Of a DNA stretch of 64,000 bases, positions 39,674 to 52,709 are shown piece after piece. Under the pieces are notes generated by a model. It searched no databases. It was not told the origin of the DNA and saw only the letters and a program-made list of their open reading frames with translations. This DNA is from Eledone cirrhosa (taxonomy: Eukaryota): assembly GCA_964016885.1 (NCBI GenBank), contig OZ024759.1, positions 4,898,001-4,962,000 of the forward strand. Direction: 5' to 3'. Positions within the stretch are counted from its first letter, which is position 1. Each line of letters opens with the position of its first letter. Both the position numbers and the translations under genes were made by a program.

Positions 39674-40129
39674 ACTCTATATATACTATTGTATTTTCAT
39701 GGTAAAGGCTTTACCTCACATAAGTATCTCATAATGTCGAATATATGAGATTTTGATTTTATCTATTTTGAGAAGAATACCTTAATGTCAGTATGAGTGG
39801 CCAGTTATGGCCGGTTTCAACAGAAAGAGGTGAGAGGATTCTGGTCAGATATGGCCGGTTTAAATGCTAAAGGGTTAAACACCCCAGTGTTGAAATGTGG
39901 TAGTGCTGGTGCCATGATCAAGTGCACCAAGCCTACACTGGAAAATGGAAGTGTTTGATGCTGTGATAAAATGCATCCAGCCCATACTGTAAAGTGTTAG
40001 TGTGGTACCATGATAAAAGTAGCAAGACCACCCTGGCATGTGGTAAAGGTGGTGCCATGAGGAAATGCACCCAGTACATGCTGTGAGGTAGTGTTAGGAA
40101 GGGCATCCAACAATAGAAACTATGCTAGA

Positions 40130-40785
40130 GAAACACTGGCACACTTGGAAAATTAGAAGCACACAGGTACAGTGGGAACATCAGAGACACAGTGGGTACT
40201 CAAGAGGCACAATGGCTCACTGTGAACATCCAGAAGCACACTGGGATATTAGAGGCATACTGGCATACTGGGAACATTGGAGCACAGTGGGAACATCAGA
40301 GGCACACTGGAATATCAGTGGACACTAGGTACATAGGAGGCATACTGAGAACATCAGAGGCTCACTGGGCACATCAGAGACACACTGGGAATACAAGAGG
40401 CACACTGGGAACATCAGAAGCACAGTAGGCACATCCGAGGCACACTAGGTATATCAGAGACACACTGGGAACACAAGAGGCAGACTGGGAACATCAGAAG
40501 CACAGTAGGTACATCAGAGGCACACTAGGTATATCAGAGACACACTGGGAACACAAGAGGCAGACTGGGAGCATCAGAGGCACACTAGGTATATCAGAGA
40601 CACACTGGGAACACAAGAGGCAGACTGGGAGCATCAGAGGCACAGTTGGCACATCAGAGGCACACTGAGCACATCAGAGACACACTGGGAATACAAGAGG
40701 CATACTGGGAACATCAGAAGCAGAGTAGGTACACAAGAGGCAGACTGGGAACATCAGAGGCACACAGGGCACATCAGGAGGCACG
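40130..40785. repeat. Degenerate 19-20 bp tandem repeat
   Basis: GAGGCACACTGGGAACATCA-like units. Confidence 0.85.
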
Positions 40786-40829
40786 CTGTTAATAAATGAA
40801 CATTTACAGTTTAAAATAAGCATACTAAC

Positions 40830-40967
40830 AAGCTTGGCAGTCATGACCAGTAAAACCAGGTAGACACTTGTTGTTTGGACAGTGTCCAGTTTTAGGGTTA
40901 CAGTTTGCACTGTCCTTGCATTTACAGGGATTTGAACAATGGACACCAAAATAACCAGCTTTACACA
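40830..40967 (-). CDS. EGF-repeat gene exon 9
   Basis: 138 bp: VCKAGYFGVHCSNPCKCKDSANCNPKTGHCPNNKCLPGFTGHDCQA; donor GTTAGT. Confidence 0.9.
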
Positions 40968-41020
40968 CTGTTAAAATAAAACAAACAAGTAGAAATATCT
41001 AACATTACTTTACAAATATA

Positions 41021-42091
41021 TACAGGGTGCAGCATAAATACTGTTACAAAATATCAAATGAGTTTAAGTCATAATATTAATTACTTTATGCTTTGCAGCA
41101 TAGAGTTACGGCCCTTTATGATCTGAGTTCAAATCCCGCCCAGATTAACTTTGCCATTCATCCTTACTGGGTCGATAAAATAAAGTACCAGTCACACACA
41201 GGGAGCGCTTTAATAGACCCCCCCCCCCACAAATTTCTGGCCTTATGCTTATATAAGAAACCAATAATAATTACTTTATTATTGATCTGATTGCTCAAAT
41301 ATTAACCTAATACTATATACTAACTGTTTTGGGGGTTATATAAGGATTCATTGCACATTTTTTCATGTTCAGAGTTGCTGAAGCATGGAACAAATTACCT
41401 GCATCAGTTGTTAGCTACTGGGACACTACATCCTTTAAAACCTCCATGCTTCCTGAAATTCGCCAACACTACACCTGATATCCCCCTTCCATACACACGC
41501 ATGCATGTGTGTGTATTTCATGACTCATACACTGTTCACTTTCCTGACCTTTATACATTATTCTATGTACTATATATGCACCTGAGCAGTGTACACAATA
41601 ATTTCATTATTATTATTATTTAAATGTCCTTAGAATTGAAAGGAAAATTCATAATTGGACAGCATGAAAAAAAGTAGACTCCACCTCAGATTTTTATAAC
41701 TGGAAAACAGCTTGAAATTAACAGAATGCTCATAAAAAGGACCATTGATCACTTCAAAGAAACTTCCTCAACAAAAGCCAAGATCAGGACGTCCTAGCAC
41801 CTTCTGAACACCAAAACTAATCAAATACATGCATGAGAAAATCAGATGTAAGCCAAAAAGATTCATGAGAAAAATGGTGAAAGAGGCCGAAATTTCAGAG
41901 AGATCCATGAGGAGGCTATGTAAAGATGATCTCGAGATGTGAGAACAAAAGGAAAGCATATCAAATAAGATTGCATGGTGTTAATAAACATTTTATTAAT
42001 TACATTGTGCCACAATTGTAGCTAGGTACAATAAATATTGAAGGAGTTATAAGCATTTTATTTTGTAACAGTATTTATGCCGTACTATGTA
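41021..42091 (+). mobile_element. Internally deleted Tc1/mariner transposon with nested SINE and LINE fragments
   Basis: TA-CAGGGTGCAGCATAAATACTGTTACAAAAT ... ATTTTGTAACAGTATTTATGCCGTACTATG-TA. Transposase N-terminal remnant TPKLIKYMHEKIRCKPKRFMRKMVKEAEISERSMRRLCKDDL. Confidence 0.8.
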
Positions 42092-42189
42092 GTATTATGT
42101 GGTCAGAAACTCTCAAGAAAGTTGGACAGGAGAAGGTCACCAGAGAAGAACCACCCTCTCACCTCATGCAAGGGTTTCAGCCATTAACC

Positions 42190-42482
42190 CAGGCATGGGC
42201 AACCTTTTTCGAGAAGCGGGCTGCATGAGATATGGCTCATCATCAGGGAGGCCGCAAGCGCTAATTTACATTTGTGCCCACATTAAAAAAAAAGGGTGAT
42301 AACTCAGGTTGTTTTGATTTGTTTCTTCAGAATTCGTACACGTTGTTTTCCTCAATCGTTAAAAATTATAGAAAGATAAATTACGACTGAAAAGTTGGGG
42401 TAAAAAAATCAGAAAGATTTCACTTAGGTGATTTAGGTGAGTCATTTAGAAAGCTTTGTGGGCCGCAGGTTACCCATGACTG
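42190..42482. mobile_element. hAT-like MITE
   Basis: CAGGCATGGGCAACCT ... AGGTTACCCATGACTG termini with subterminal GGGC(C/T)GCA motifs. Confidence 0.6.
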
Positions 42483-43937
42483 CCTTAATCTATTTAACAT
42501 TTACATTACTGTGTTTAAGTGTGTGTGAGTGAGTGCATTTGTGTGTTTTAATGTGAGTGTGTTTGTGTGTTTTAGTGTGTGAGTACATTTGAGCATTTAA
42601 GAATGTGAAAGAGTATGTGTGTTTGTGTGTTTTAGAGTGTGAGTGCATGTGTGTGTTTATGTGTATGTGTGTGTGAACTCTTTTATTCACCTCTTACAAT
42701 AGGAAAGGACACTGTGCCAGTTATTTTGTGTCTCAACTAATTGCAACAAAGCTAATAAACTTTCATGCTCTATTTAACACTAACACAAGTGTAAATGGTG
42801 TTAAACTTACAATCATGTTCTGGGTTTCATTCTTGGACTGGGTTGTGTGTTATGTTCTTGAGCAAAACATTATACTCAGTATGTATGTATGGTCCTGTAA
42901 TTCCTGACAGAGTCGTAGAGGTGCCGTATTAACAGACATCATTTTTTGGGTATTTTAAGCCAGGCGGAGCCCATCCCTGTCCAGGCCTGAATACAGCAGA
43001 TTTCTTCCAGAGAAAGATAGAAAGTGAGAGAGAGGAAATGAGAAAGAGATATAGAAGAAGAATCGACCCCAGTACTAGACTGGTATTTTTTTATTGACAT
43101 CAAAAGGATGAAAGGCAAAGTTGACCTCAGCGGGATTTGAACTCAGAGAGCAGAGAGTTGGAACGAATACCACAAAGCATTCTATCTGATGTTCTAACGA
43201 CTCTGCCAATTCACTGCCTATATACTCAGTATACTCAGTTGGAAATGAGTATCAACAATTGCTGGGGGTTTTCTCTGCAATGGACTGGTGTCCTGTCCAG
43301 GCTGGAATTGTTTACTGTCAGTCACTTAACACCATGGAAACCAAGGTAAACACTGGCCTGATTAGCATCCAGGCTTGAGACAGACTTTAGACTCAGAACA
43401 AGTAACAGCCAAATTATAGATTAGTATGATAAAAAGGAAAGGACACATTAAATAGTGTAGTCCTAGTTATGCAATGCCTGAGAGAAGGGTGGAATGTGCT
43501 TATCTCGGTTTCCATGGTGTGAAGCAACTGAGAGTACAGAATTCCATCCTGCACAGGACTCCTGTCCTGTGCAGGATGGAATTTAAAATCCCCCAGCAAT
43601 TGCTGGTACTCATTTTCAACTGAGTATACTACGCAAGAATGTTTTGCTTAAGAACGCAATGCACAGCCAAGTCCAGGAACCAAACCCACAACATTATGAT
43701 TGTAAATCCAACAGCTTTACCACTTGTGTTAGTGTTAGATAGAGATGACAGCTCATTGATCTCATAACTAGTTTAAACTGTAAACAACTGACAGTGTCCT
43801 TACATATTATAAAGAGGTGAATAAAAGATATTGAAAAAGATACTGTCAATTCACCAGCTTTTATTTTAATTTACAAATCTGCCCCCCCCCCCCATAAAAA
43901 AAAAGACAATGGAAATTCGATATTTAGTTTTACTCAC

Positions 43938-44075
43938 CATTTTGGCAGTTTCTTCCTTCAAAACCAGCAACACATCTTCCGTCAGAACATATTCCTGTCA
44001 CTGAGTCACATTTGTTGCTGTCTACACAGTGACATATACCTTCACAGTTGCTGCCAAATCTACCATTCTGGCAGA
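43938..44075 (-). CDS. EGF-repeat gene exon 8
   Basis: 138 bp: VCQNGRFGSNCEGICHCVDSNKCDSVTGICSDGRCVAGFEGRNCQN; donor GTGAGT. Confidence 0.9.
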
Positions 44076-44360
44076 CTTTCAAAGAAACAAAAACATTGTT
44101 TGTTAATAAAAAAAAAAGCAAACCCTTTTTGGTTCAGAAACTTCTGGCGGAATCCCAGTCTCATATTTTTATATGGTTTGAATATAAATATACTTCTCTA
44201 CCTTTTTTTCATGGAACCCCAGACATTCATTTGCAGAACCCTTGGGTTCCATGGATCCCACTTTGGGAATGACTAATAAAGAACACCCTAAAGTTTGGAG
44301 AGATAAAACAAGAATTCATATATGTTGCACAGAGTAATTAGCTTCTTTCATTTCACTCAC

Positions 44361-44498
44361 CTGTTTGACAGTTGTTACCTTTATAGCCAGGTGTACACCC
44401 ACCACTCGAACAGGTACCAGATTTAGGGTTACACGTGCTATTGTCATAGCAGTGACAGCTATAGCTACAATCTTTACCAAACTTGCCACTGGAGCACT
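44361..44498 (-). CDS. EGF-repeat gene exon 7 (absent from the ORF track)
   Basis: 138 bp: ECSSGKFGKDCSYSCHCYDNSTCNPKSGTCSSGGCTPGYKGNNCQT; donor GTGAGT. Confidence 0.9.
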
Positions 44499-46115
44499 CT
44501 GAAATATAGAGCTATTATTTATTATTTATTCATGAGTGAATAAGAATTGTTTCGACTTTTGACATAAGGCCAGCAATTACCCCAGTGCATTACTGGTACT
44601 TTATTTTATCGACCCCGTAAGGTCGAAAGGCAAAGTTAACCTCTGTGGGATTTGAACTCAGACCGTAAAGAACCATAACTCTATGCTGCAAAGCATGGCA
44701 TCCGACGCTCTACCGATACTGCCAATCCACTACCCTCACGATTCAATAATAATTATTTCTACTTTTTGCACAAGGCTAGCAATTATCCCAGTGTATTACT
44801 GGTACTTTATTAGTAATGCACTGGATAACAATAATGTTATAATAGTATTATAATATCATTAATATTCAGTTTGTTTGCCAGCAAACAGCCTCATAAACAC
44901 CACGTGTGTTTTCTAGATGAACAATGTCATCCTTTTGTTGTAAAAGGGAAAGAAATGGGCAGAACTGTTGGAGTGTTTGTTGGATGAAATGCTTTGCAGA
45001 ACTTCTGAGGTCTGAGTTCAAATCTTGCTCAGGTCAAACTTGAATGTCATTTTTACAAGCTTGATAAAATAATGTACCAGTTAAATACTGGGGTAGATAT
45101 AATCAACTGACTTTCTCTTTACTCCAAAATTAAGAAATCATTATTAACCCTTTACCATTCACATTACTCTATATATACTATTGTGTATTTTCATGGTAAA
45201 GGCTTTATCTCACATAATTATCTCACATAATTATCTCACATAATATCGAATCTATGAGATTTTGAAAGTATTTATTTTGAGAACAATACCTTAACATCAG
45301 TTTGAGCGACCAGTTACAGCCAATATCAACAGAAAGAGGTAGAGAATTCTGGCCGGTTTGGGCCAGTTTGAACACGAAAGGGTTAATTAAAAACATTGGT
45401 ACATTTGTGCTTTACATAGTTTTGGCTTGGTTTTACTGGTTGGGTATTCTTCTTGTAACCAATCACTTTACTGAGTGGCCTGGGTGCACCAGTTCTTGAG
45501 AGGTTGTACTAATTAGGGTGGCACCAAGTGGATACAAAATGTGGGACGAAAAGAAGAGAGAGGAGTCAGTTGAAAATGTCTGAGTGGAGGTGGCATGAAC
45601 CTAGAATACTCCGAGGAACAGAGTCCAATATAGTAGTGGTGGAAAGCAGGAGGAGAAGGCACATGGGGAGAGTATCAGTGAAGAAGAGAAAAAATGGTGT
45701 ATCCATTTGGTTTATAGTCAAGTTTTATTTTTTTTAAACAAGCACCTTTATAGGCTTAGTCGGCCACCTATGAGGTTGTCACCCCATAGGAAGTATTCTG
45801 GGTGTTTCAATGGTAAGGACACCATGTCTATCATGTTGTTGTTACAGCTCACATTTATGTAGGTTTGGCTGGCCCCCTACAAGGATGCACTCCATAGGAA
45901 ATATTCTGGGTGTTTTAATAATAAGGACCCCAGGCCTATCATGTTGTTACAGCTCTACCTATGTAGGTTTAACTGGCCTCTGACAAAAATGCACCCCAAA
46001 GGAGCCTCGGTCTTTTCATGTCACTCTTTCCTTGGTAAGTTTGGAATCTCACTTTGAAGTGCCATGTGCTCACCTAGAAATACAAATAGCATAGAAGATC
46101 TACTGAATGACTCAC

Positions 46116-46253
46116 CTGTCTGACAATTGCTACCTTGATAGCCAGCTTCACAGCCACCACTGGAACATACACCTGTGATGGGGTCACACTTGCTGTTGTT
46201 GGCACAGTGACATGAGTTAATACAGTTGTCACCAAATTTACCACTTCTACACT
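46116..46253 (-). CDS. EGF-repeat gene exon 6
   Basis: 138 bp: CRSGKFGDNCINSCHCANNSKCDPITGVCSSGGCEAGYQGSNCQT; donor GTGAGT. Confidence 0.9.
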
Positions 46254-46294
46254 CTGGGTACATTAAATATGAAGAATATAGAAGTTAGATGGAA

Positions 46295-47020
46295 TGAGAT
46301 GTGAAATGTATGTGATATACAATGTATGAGTTATGAAATGTATGGGATGTGAAATGTAGGAATATGAAATGTAGTGGGTGTAAAATGTAGGGATGTGAAA
46401 TGTAGGTGATGTGAAATGTAGGGATGAGGAATGTAGGAGATGTGAAATGTAGGATATGTGAAATGTAGGATATGTGAACTGTAGTAGATATGAAATGTAA
46501 GAGATGTGAAATGTAAGAGATGTGAAATGTAGGTGATGTGAAATGTAGGATATGTGAAATGTAAGGATGTGAAATGTAGGAGATGTGAAATGTAAGGATG
46601 TGAAATGTAGGAGATGTGAAATGTAAGAGATGTGAAATGTAGGTGATGTGAAATGTAAGAGATGTGAAATGTAGGTGATGTGAAATTTAAGAGATGTGAA
46701 ATGTAGGGATGAGGAATGTAGGAGATGTGAAATGTAGGAGATGTGAAATGTAGGAGATGTGAAATGTAAGAGATGTGAAATGTAAGATATGTGAAATGTA
46801 AGAGATGTGAAATGTAGGAGATGTGAAATGTAAGAGATGTGAAATGTAAGAGATGTGAAATGTAGGTGATGTGAAATGTAAGAGATGTGAAATGTAGGAG
46901 ATGTGAAATGTAGGTGATGTGAAATGTAAGAGATGTGAAATGTAGGATATGTGAAATGTAAAGGTGTGAATTGTATAATGTGAAATATAGATGTGAATTG
47001 TGTGAGATGTGAAATGTAGA
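46295..47020. repeat. 17-bp minisatellite just upstream of the exon 6 acceptor
   Basis: GATGTGAAATGTA(G/A)GA units. Confidence 0.95.
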
Positions 47021-47372
47021 GAATGTACAAGAATAACAGTAAACATCAACAACAACAACAGCAACCATCATCAACAACAATAACATGAATAACAAAAACA
47101 AACAACAATAGCAACAACAAAAACAACAAAAACAATAACAAAATAACAACAGCAAACAAAAATAGCAGTCATCAACAACATCCCTTACATTTTTACCTGT
47201 TCCAGCCATCTGGCAGAGGCCATGCTGGGGCACCGCTCTTGTTGCTACACATTCTATCTCCAGCCTGTGTTGTCTGGCCATTGGTGTAAGAGGGAGTTTG
47301 TTGCTGTTGCCCATCAATAACAAAATAACAACAACAAAACAACAATAGCAACAACAACAAATATATACTTAC

Positions 47373-47510
47373 TTAACTGACAATTGTTACCCTCATATCT
47401 AGCAATACAACCCCCACTTGAACAGGTCCCTGATACTGGGGTACACTTGCTGTTGTCTGTACAGTGACATATACTGCTGCACTTGGCACCAAACCTTCCA
47501 TATTGACAAA
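47373..47510 (-). CDS. EGF-repeat gene exon 5 (absent from the ORF track)
   Basis: 138 bp: VCQYGRFGAKCSSICHCTDNSKCTPVSGTCSSGGCIARYEGNNCQL; donor GTAAGT. Confidence 0.9.
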   Translation of the reverse strand, partial: FVNMEGLVPSAAVYVTVQTTASVPQYQGPVQVGVVLLDMRVTIVS

Positions 47511-47583
47511 CTATGGCAGAAAAAAAAATATATATAATTCCAAAATTAAATTAAGGGTGTCATGTCCGAGAGACATGCGCCAT

Positions 47584-47693
47584 TAAACAACATAAGACAA
47601 TTATTCCATTTACCAAAGGTTTTATGAAGACTGACGAGCTCGTCTGTCTTCGTGAAACCTTTGGTAAATGGAATAATTGTCTTATGTTGTTTA
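47584..47693. repeat. 110-bp spacerless palindrome
   Basis: 55-bp arms centred on GAG|CTC with three mismatched positions. Confidence 0.95.
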
Positions 47694-48269
47694 TTACATA
47701 ACTAAATAGCTCTGTAGCTTACATAGTGCACTCTCCTTTCCTTCGGAAACACTTAATATATATATATGCAGAAGACCTGACTTCCCTAGGGTACAAGCCG
47801 AAGCTGAAGCATATGGAAAATATGCCCCCACCCCCTCCTCCCACTGCAAAGTGGTCGTGGAGGTGTCATGACAAAAAAGCACCCAGCCCACACTGTAAAG
47901 TGGACATGTAGGCGCCACGGTAAAAAAGCACCTAGCACTCACTGTAAATGAGGTTGGTGTTAGGAAGGGCATCCAGCTGTAGAAATCAAGCCAGCATCAG
48001 TTCCCATATGAGCAAGACAAGGTCACTCGACCTGGCATTGCCTACAACAGGACAACCGGTCTAACCCATGGAAGAATGGACGTAAAAGGGTGATGGTGAT
48101 GATATATATTTTTTTCACTAATGTCACACAAAATTGTATGTTTTTTGTAGCTTTATGGTTTAACGGTTTCCTTTTTAAAAATTGTTTTTTTGTTTTGTTT
48201 TGTTTTCGTTCGCTGTCTTCTCTTTTCTTTGTTGATTTTCTTAAATATATATATATATAAATATATGTA

Positions 48270-48306
<37 letters not shown>

Positions 48307-48368
48307 TTTTTTTTTTCTGATTCCACCCTGCCTGTCCCTTCAATCTTTCTAATTTCTCATTCTTTCTT

Positions 48369-48400
48369 CTGATGAAGGACTAGCGTCCAAAACCTTAAAA
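48369..48400 (+). other. Inactivated Penelope-type minimal hammerhead motif
   Basis: CTGATGA-A-GGAC-TAGC-GTCC-AAAAC (core GAAA changed to AAAA) in a pyrimidine-rich context. Confidence 0.45.
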
Positions 48401-49389
48401 CCCTCTTGTTGCTATTTCAAGTGTTAACCTAATATTTTCTTTCCATATACTGTACCGATTGTGTTGTTATCTCTGTTTACACACAATCATCATCATCATC
48501 ATCATCATTTTACGTCCGCCTTTCCCTGCTTGCAAGGGTTGGACGGGTTCTATTCAGCGCAGCATCTCTCCACTTGTCACGGTCCTTCGTCATCTCCTCA
48601 GATTACATTTATTGTATTCAGCCATGTAGAGTGGAAATTTTATTTTATTTGAATGTGGCAAAGCCGGTCATTTATTGCTCGTATACAGGAAACTGACTGG
48701 CCAGTCTGCTGATATACAAATCTGGCTGATCAGTGGATCTGCTAATATGCAGATCTGACTGATCAGCCAGTCTGCTAATATGGAAATCAGGCCGATCAGC
48801 CACTGTATATTTTAGAAAATAGTATATATTTTCACTAGCTCTGACAGTTGGCAGGTGAAGAGTGAGCTGTACTGATGAAGGCTGATACCCAGAAAAATTA
48901 GTGTCTGCAATTCTGTTTACATGCCAACACAAGAGCAAGAATGATGGGTTCATTCTATTGACATGGCTTTAAAATTGAGGCTTGTTTGCATAATTGCAGA
49001 CGAATCGAATGCTATTATTAATATTCGAAAAGGGCGGTAGATTGGCAGTATCGGTAGAGGGTCGGACCATGCTTTGACGCATAAAGTTACGGCCCTTGCT
49101 ATTCTGAGTTCAAATCCCGCTGAGGTTAACTTTGCCTTTCATCCTTATGGGGTCGATAAAATAAAGTACCAGTAATACACTGGGTAATTGCTGGCCTTGT
49201 GCCAAAAGTAGAAACAATTATTAATATTCGAAAAACTCAGATTACATATATATATAGAGATATATATATATGGCTTAAAAGAGAAGATGAATGGTGTGTC
49301 TGACACATTGAGGTTGATGGAGACACCTTGCTGAGAGTCATAACACCAGACACTTCAAATTTCATGCTGTTCTGATGCATTGAGATGGA

Positions 49390-49600
49390 ACAGCTGCTAC
49401 CTTTATAACCAGCACCACACCCTCCATTGGAACACACACCTGTCTGACAGTTGCTACTTCCACAACCAGCACCACATCTTCCGCTGGAACACATACCTGT
49501 CTGACAGTTGATACCTTTATAATCAGCACCACACATTCTACTATAACACACACCTGTCTCTGTGTTACACCTGTCTCTGTGTTACACCTACTGTCATCTT
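49390..49600 (-). repeat. Partial EGF exon duplicate with three in-frame 57-bp repeats
   Basis: ACCTGT at 49438, 49495 and 49552; reads CGADYKGINCQTGMCSSGRCGAGCGSSNCQTGVCSNGGCGAGYKGSSC. Confidence 0.85.
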
Positions 49601-49646
49601 GTTTCAATATATTAAGTTACAAACAAAGCTATACTACACCACTTAC

Positions 49647-49784
49647 CTGTCTGACAGTTGCTACCTTCATAACCAGCAGCACATCCGCCACTAAAATACA
49701 CACCTGTCTGTTTGTTACACCTGTTGTTGTCAGTACAGTGACAGATGCTTTCGCAGTTGGGTCCAAATTTACCAATATCACAAA
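49647..49784 (-). CDS. EGF-repeat gene exon 4 (one Cys replaced by Tyr)
   Basis: 138 bp: VCDIGKFGPNCESICHCTDNNRCNKQTGVYFSGGCAAGYEGSNCQT; donor GTAAGT. Confidence 0.85.
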
Positions 49785-49854
49785 CTAAACATACAAAAAA
49801 AATAGATAAACAAATTCTGAAGAAGTCACGGCTGTTCCACATTTCTAGTCACTG

Positions 49855-50800
49855 TACTATTGTAACTAGTACTCTACTAACTACCACTATACTAACTATT
49901 GTAACTAGTACTCTACTAACTACTACTACATCATTCACTATACTAACTATTGTAACTAGTACTCTACTAACTACCACTATACCATTCACTATACTAACTA
50001 TTGTAACTAGTACTCTATTAACTACCACTACATCATTCACTATACTAACTATTGTAACTAGTACTCTACTAACTACCACTATACCATTCACTATACTAAC
50101 TATTGTAACTAGTACTCTACTAACTACCACTACATCATTCACTATACTAACTATTGTAACTAGTACTCTACTAACTACCACTATACCATTCACTATACTA
50201 ACTATTGTAACTAGTACTCTACTAACTACCACTACATCATTCACTATACTAACTATTGTAACTAGTACTCTACTAACTACCACTATACCATTCACTATAC
50301 TAACTATTGTAACTAGTACTCTACTAACTACCACTATACCATTCACTATACTAACTATTGTAACTAGTACTCTACTAACTACCACTACATCATTCACTAT
50401 ACTAACTATTGTAACTAGTACTCTACTAACTACCACTACATCATTCACTATACTAACTATTGTAACTAGTACTCTACTAATTACCACTATACCAATCACT
50501 ATACTAACTATTGTAACTAGTACTCTACTAACTACCACTACATCATTCACTATACTAACTATTGTAACTAGTACTCTACTAACTACCACTATACCATTCA
50601 CTATACTAACTACCACTACATCATTCACTATACTAACTATTGTAACTAGTACTCTACTAACTACTACTACATCATTCATTATACTAACTATTGTAACTAG
50701 TACTCTACTAACTACTACTAAATCATTCACTATACTAACTATTGTAACTAGTACGCTACTAACTACCACTATACCATTCACTATACTATTATAACTACCA
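49855..50800. repeat. 51-bp minisatellite, about 18 copies, with two alternating variants
   Basis: ACTATTGTAACTAGTACTCTACTAACTACCACTA(TAC/CAT)CATTCACTATACTA. Confidence 0.95.
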
Positions 50801-51015
50801 CTCTGTAGTAGTAGTAGTGGCACTCCATCGGTTACGATGAGTGTTCCAACTGATACAATCAACAGTACAACCTGCTCGTGAAATTTACATGCAAGTGGCT
50901 GAGTATTCCACAAACACGCGTACCCATAATATAGTTCTCAGGGAGATTCAGCAAGACACAATATGTGACAAGGCTAGCATTTCGAATTACAGGTACAGTT
51001 CATTTTTGCCAGCTG

Positions 51016-52547
51016 AGTGGACTGGAGCAACATGAAATAAAGTGTCTTGCTCAAGGACACAGTGGACTGGAGCAACATGAAATAAAGTGTCTTGCTCAAG
51101 GACACAGTGGACTGGAGCAACATGAAATAAAGTGTCTTGCTCAAGGACACAGTGGACTGAAGCAACATGAAATAAAGTGTCTTGCTCAAGGACACAGTGG
51201 ACTGGAGCAACATGAAATAAGGTGTCTTGCTCAAGGACACAGTGGACTGGAGCAACATGAAATAAGGTGTCTTGCTCAAGGACACAGTGGACTGGAGCAA
51301 CATGAAATAAAGTGTCTTGCTCAAGGACACAGTGGACTGGAGCAACATGAAATAAAGTGTCTTGCTCAAGGACACAGTGGACTGGAGCAACATGAAATAA
51401 AGTGTCTTGCTCAAGGACACAGTGGACTGGAGCAACATGAAATAAAGTGTCTTGCTCAAGGACACAGTGGACTGGAGCAACATGAAATAAAGTGTCTTGC
51501 TCAAGGACACAGTGGACTGGAGCAACATGAAATAAAGTGTCTTGCTCAAGGACACAGTGGACTGGAGCAACATGAAATAAAGTGTCTTGCTCAAGGACAC
51601 AGTGGACTGGAGCAACATGAAATAAAGTGTCTTGCTCAAGGACACAGTGGACTGGAGCAACATGAAATAAAGTGTCTTGCTCAAGGACACAGTGGACTGG
51701 AGCAACATGAAATAAGGTGTCTTGCTCAAGGACACAGTGGACTGGAGCAACATGAAATAAAGTGTCTTGCTCAAGGACACAGTGGACTGGAGCAACATGA
51801 AATAAGGTGTCTTGCTCAAGGACACAGTGGACTGGAGCAACATGAAATAAAGTGTCTTGCTCAAGGACACAGTGGACTAGAGCAACATGAAATAAAGTTT
51901 CTTGCTCAAGGACACAGTGGACTGGAGCAACATGAAATAAAGTGTCTTGCTCAAGGACACAGTGGACTGGAGCAACATGAAATAAAGTGTCTTGCTCAAG
52001 GACACAGTGGACTGGAGCAACATGAAATAAAGTGTCTTGCTCAAGGACACAGTGGACTAGAGCAACATGAAATAAAGTGTCTTGCTCAAGGACACAGTGG
52101 ACTGGAGCAACATGAAATAAAGTGTCTTGCTCAAGGACACAGTGGACTGGAGCAACATGAAATAAAGTGTCTTGCTCAAGGACACAGTGGACTGGAGCAA
52201 CATGAAATAAAGTGTCTTGCTCAAGGACACAGTGGACTGGAGCAACATGAAATAAAGTGTCTTGCTCAAGGACACAGTGGACTGGAGCAACATGAAATAA
52301 AGTGTCTTGCTCAAGGACACAGTGGACTGGAGCAACATGAAATAAAGTGTCTTGCTCAAGGACACAGTGGACTGGAGCAACGCGAAATAAAGTGTCTTGC
52401 TCAAGGACACAGTGGACTGGAGCAACATGAAATAAGGTGTCTTGCTCAAGGACACAGTGGACTGGAGCAACATGAAATAAAGTGTCTTGCTCAAGGACAC
52501 AGTGGACTGGAGCAACATGAAATAAAGTGTCTTGCTCAAGGACACAA
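51016..52547 (-). repeat. 45-bp array, about 34 copies, expanded inside a family A SINE
   Basis: Unit AGTGGACTGGAGCAACATGAAATAAAGTGTCTTGCTCAAGGACAC. SINE head at 52547-52622 and SINE tail at 50810-51016. Confidence 0.95.
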
Positions 52548-52709
52548 TGTACTGCTGGGAATTGAACTCGTGACCTTACAATCTTAAGCCGAATACCCTA
52601 ACTACGAAGCCACGTGCTTCACTCCACTCTACCGCTCTACTAACTACCACTACACCATTCATTATACTAACTATTATAACTACCACTCTACTAGTAATAT
52701 TTATGAGTA

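Noticed and set aside
47631-47660. CTGACGA...GAAAC inside the 110-bp palindrome as a hammerhead
   Set aside because: No credible stem II, and the sequence is sequestered in the long hairpin.
48872-48900. CTGATGAAGGCTGATACCCAGAAAA hammerhead-like string
   Set aside because: Stem II does not close next to GAAA and there is no stem I.
49745-50913. Thr-rich mucin-like and Val-rich ORFs on both strands
   Set aside because: 51-bp intronic minisatellite, with no splice sites or composition supporting a mucin exon.
50965-52587. 540-aa repetitive ORF (SGLEQHEIKCLAQGH)n
   Set aside because: By-product of a 45-bp SINE-core array whose unit length is a multiple of three.
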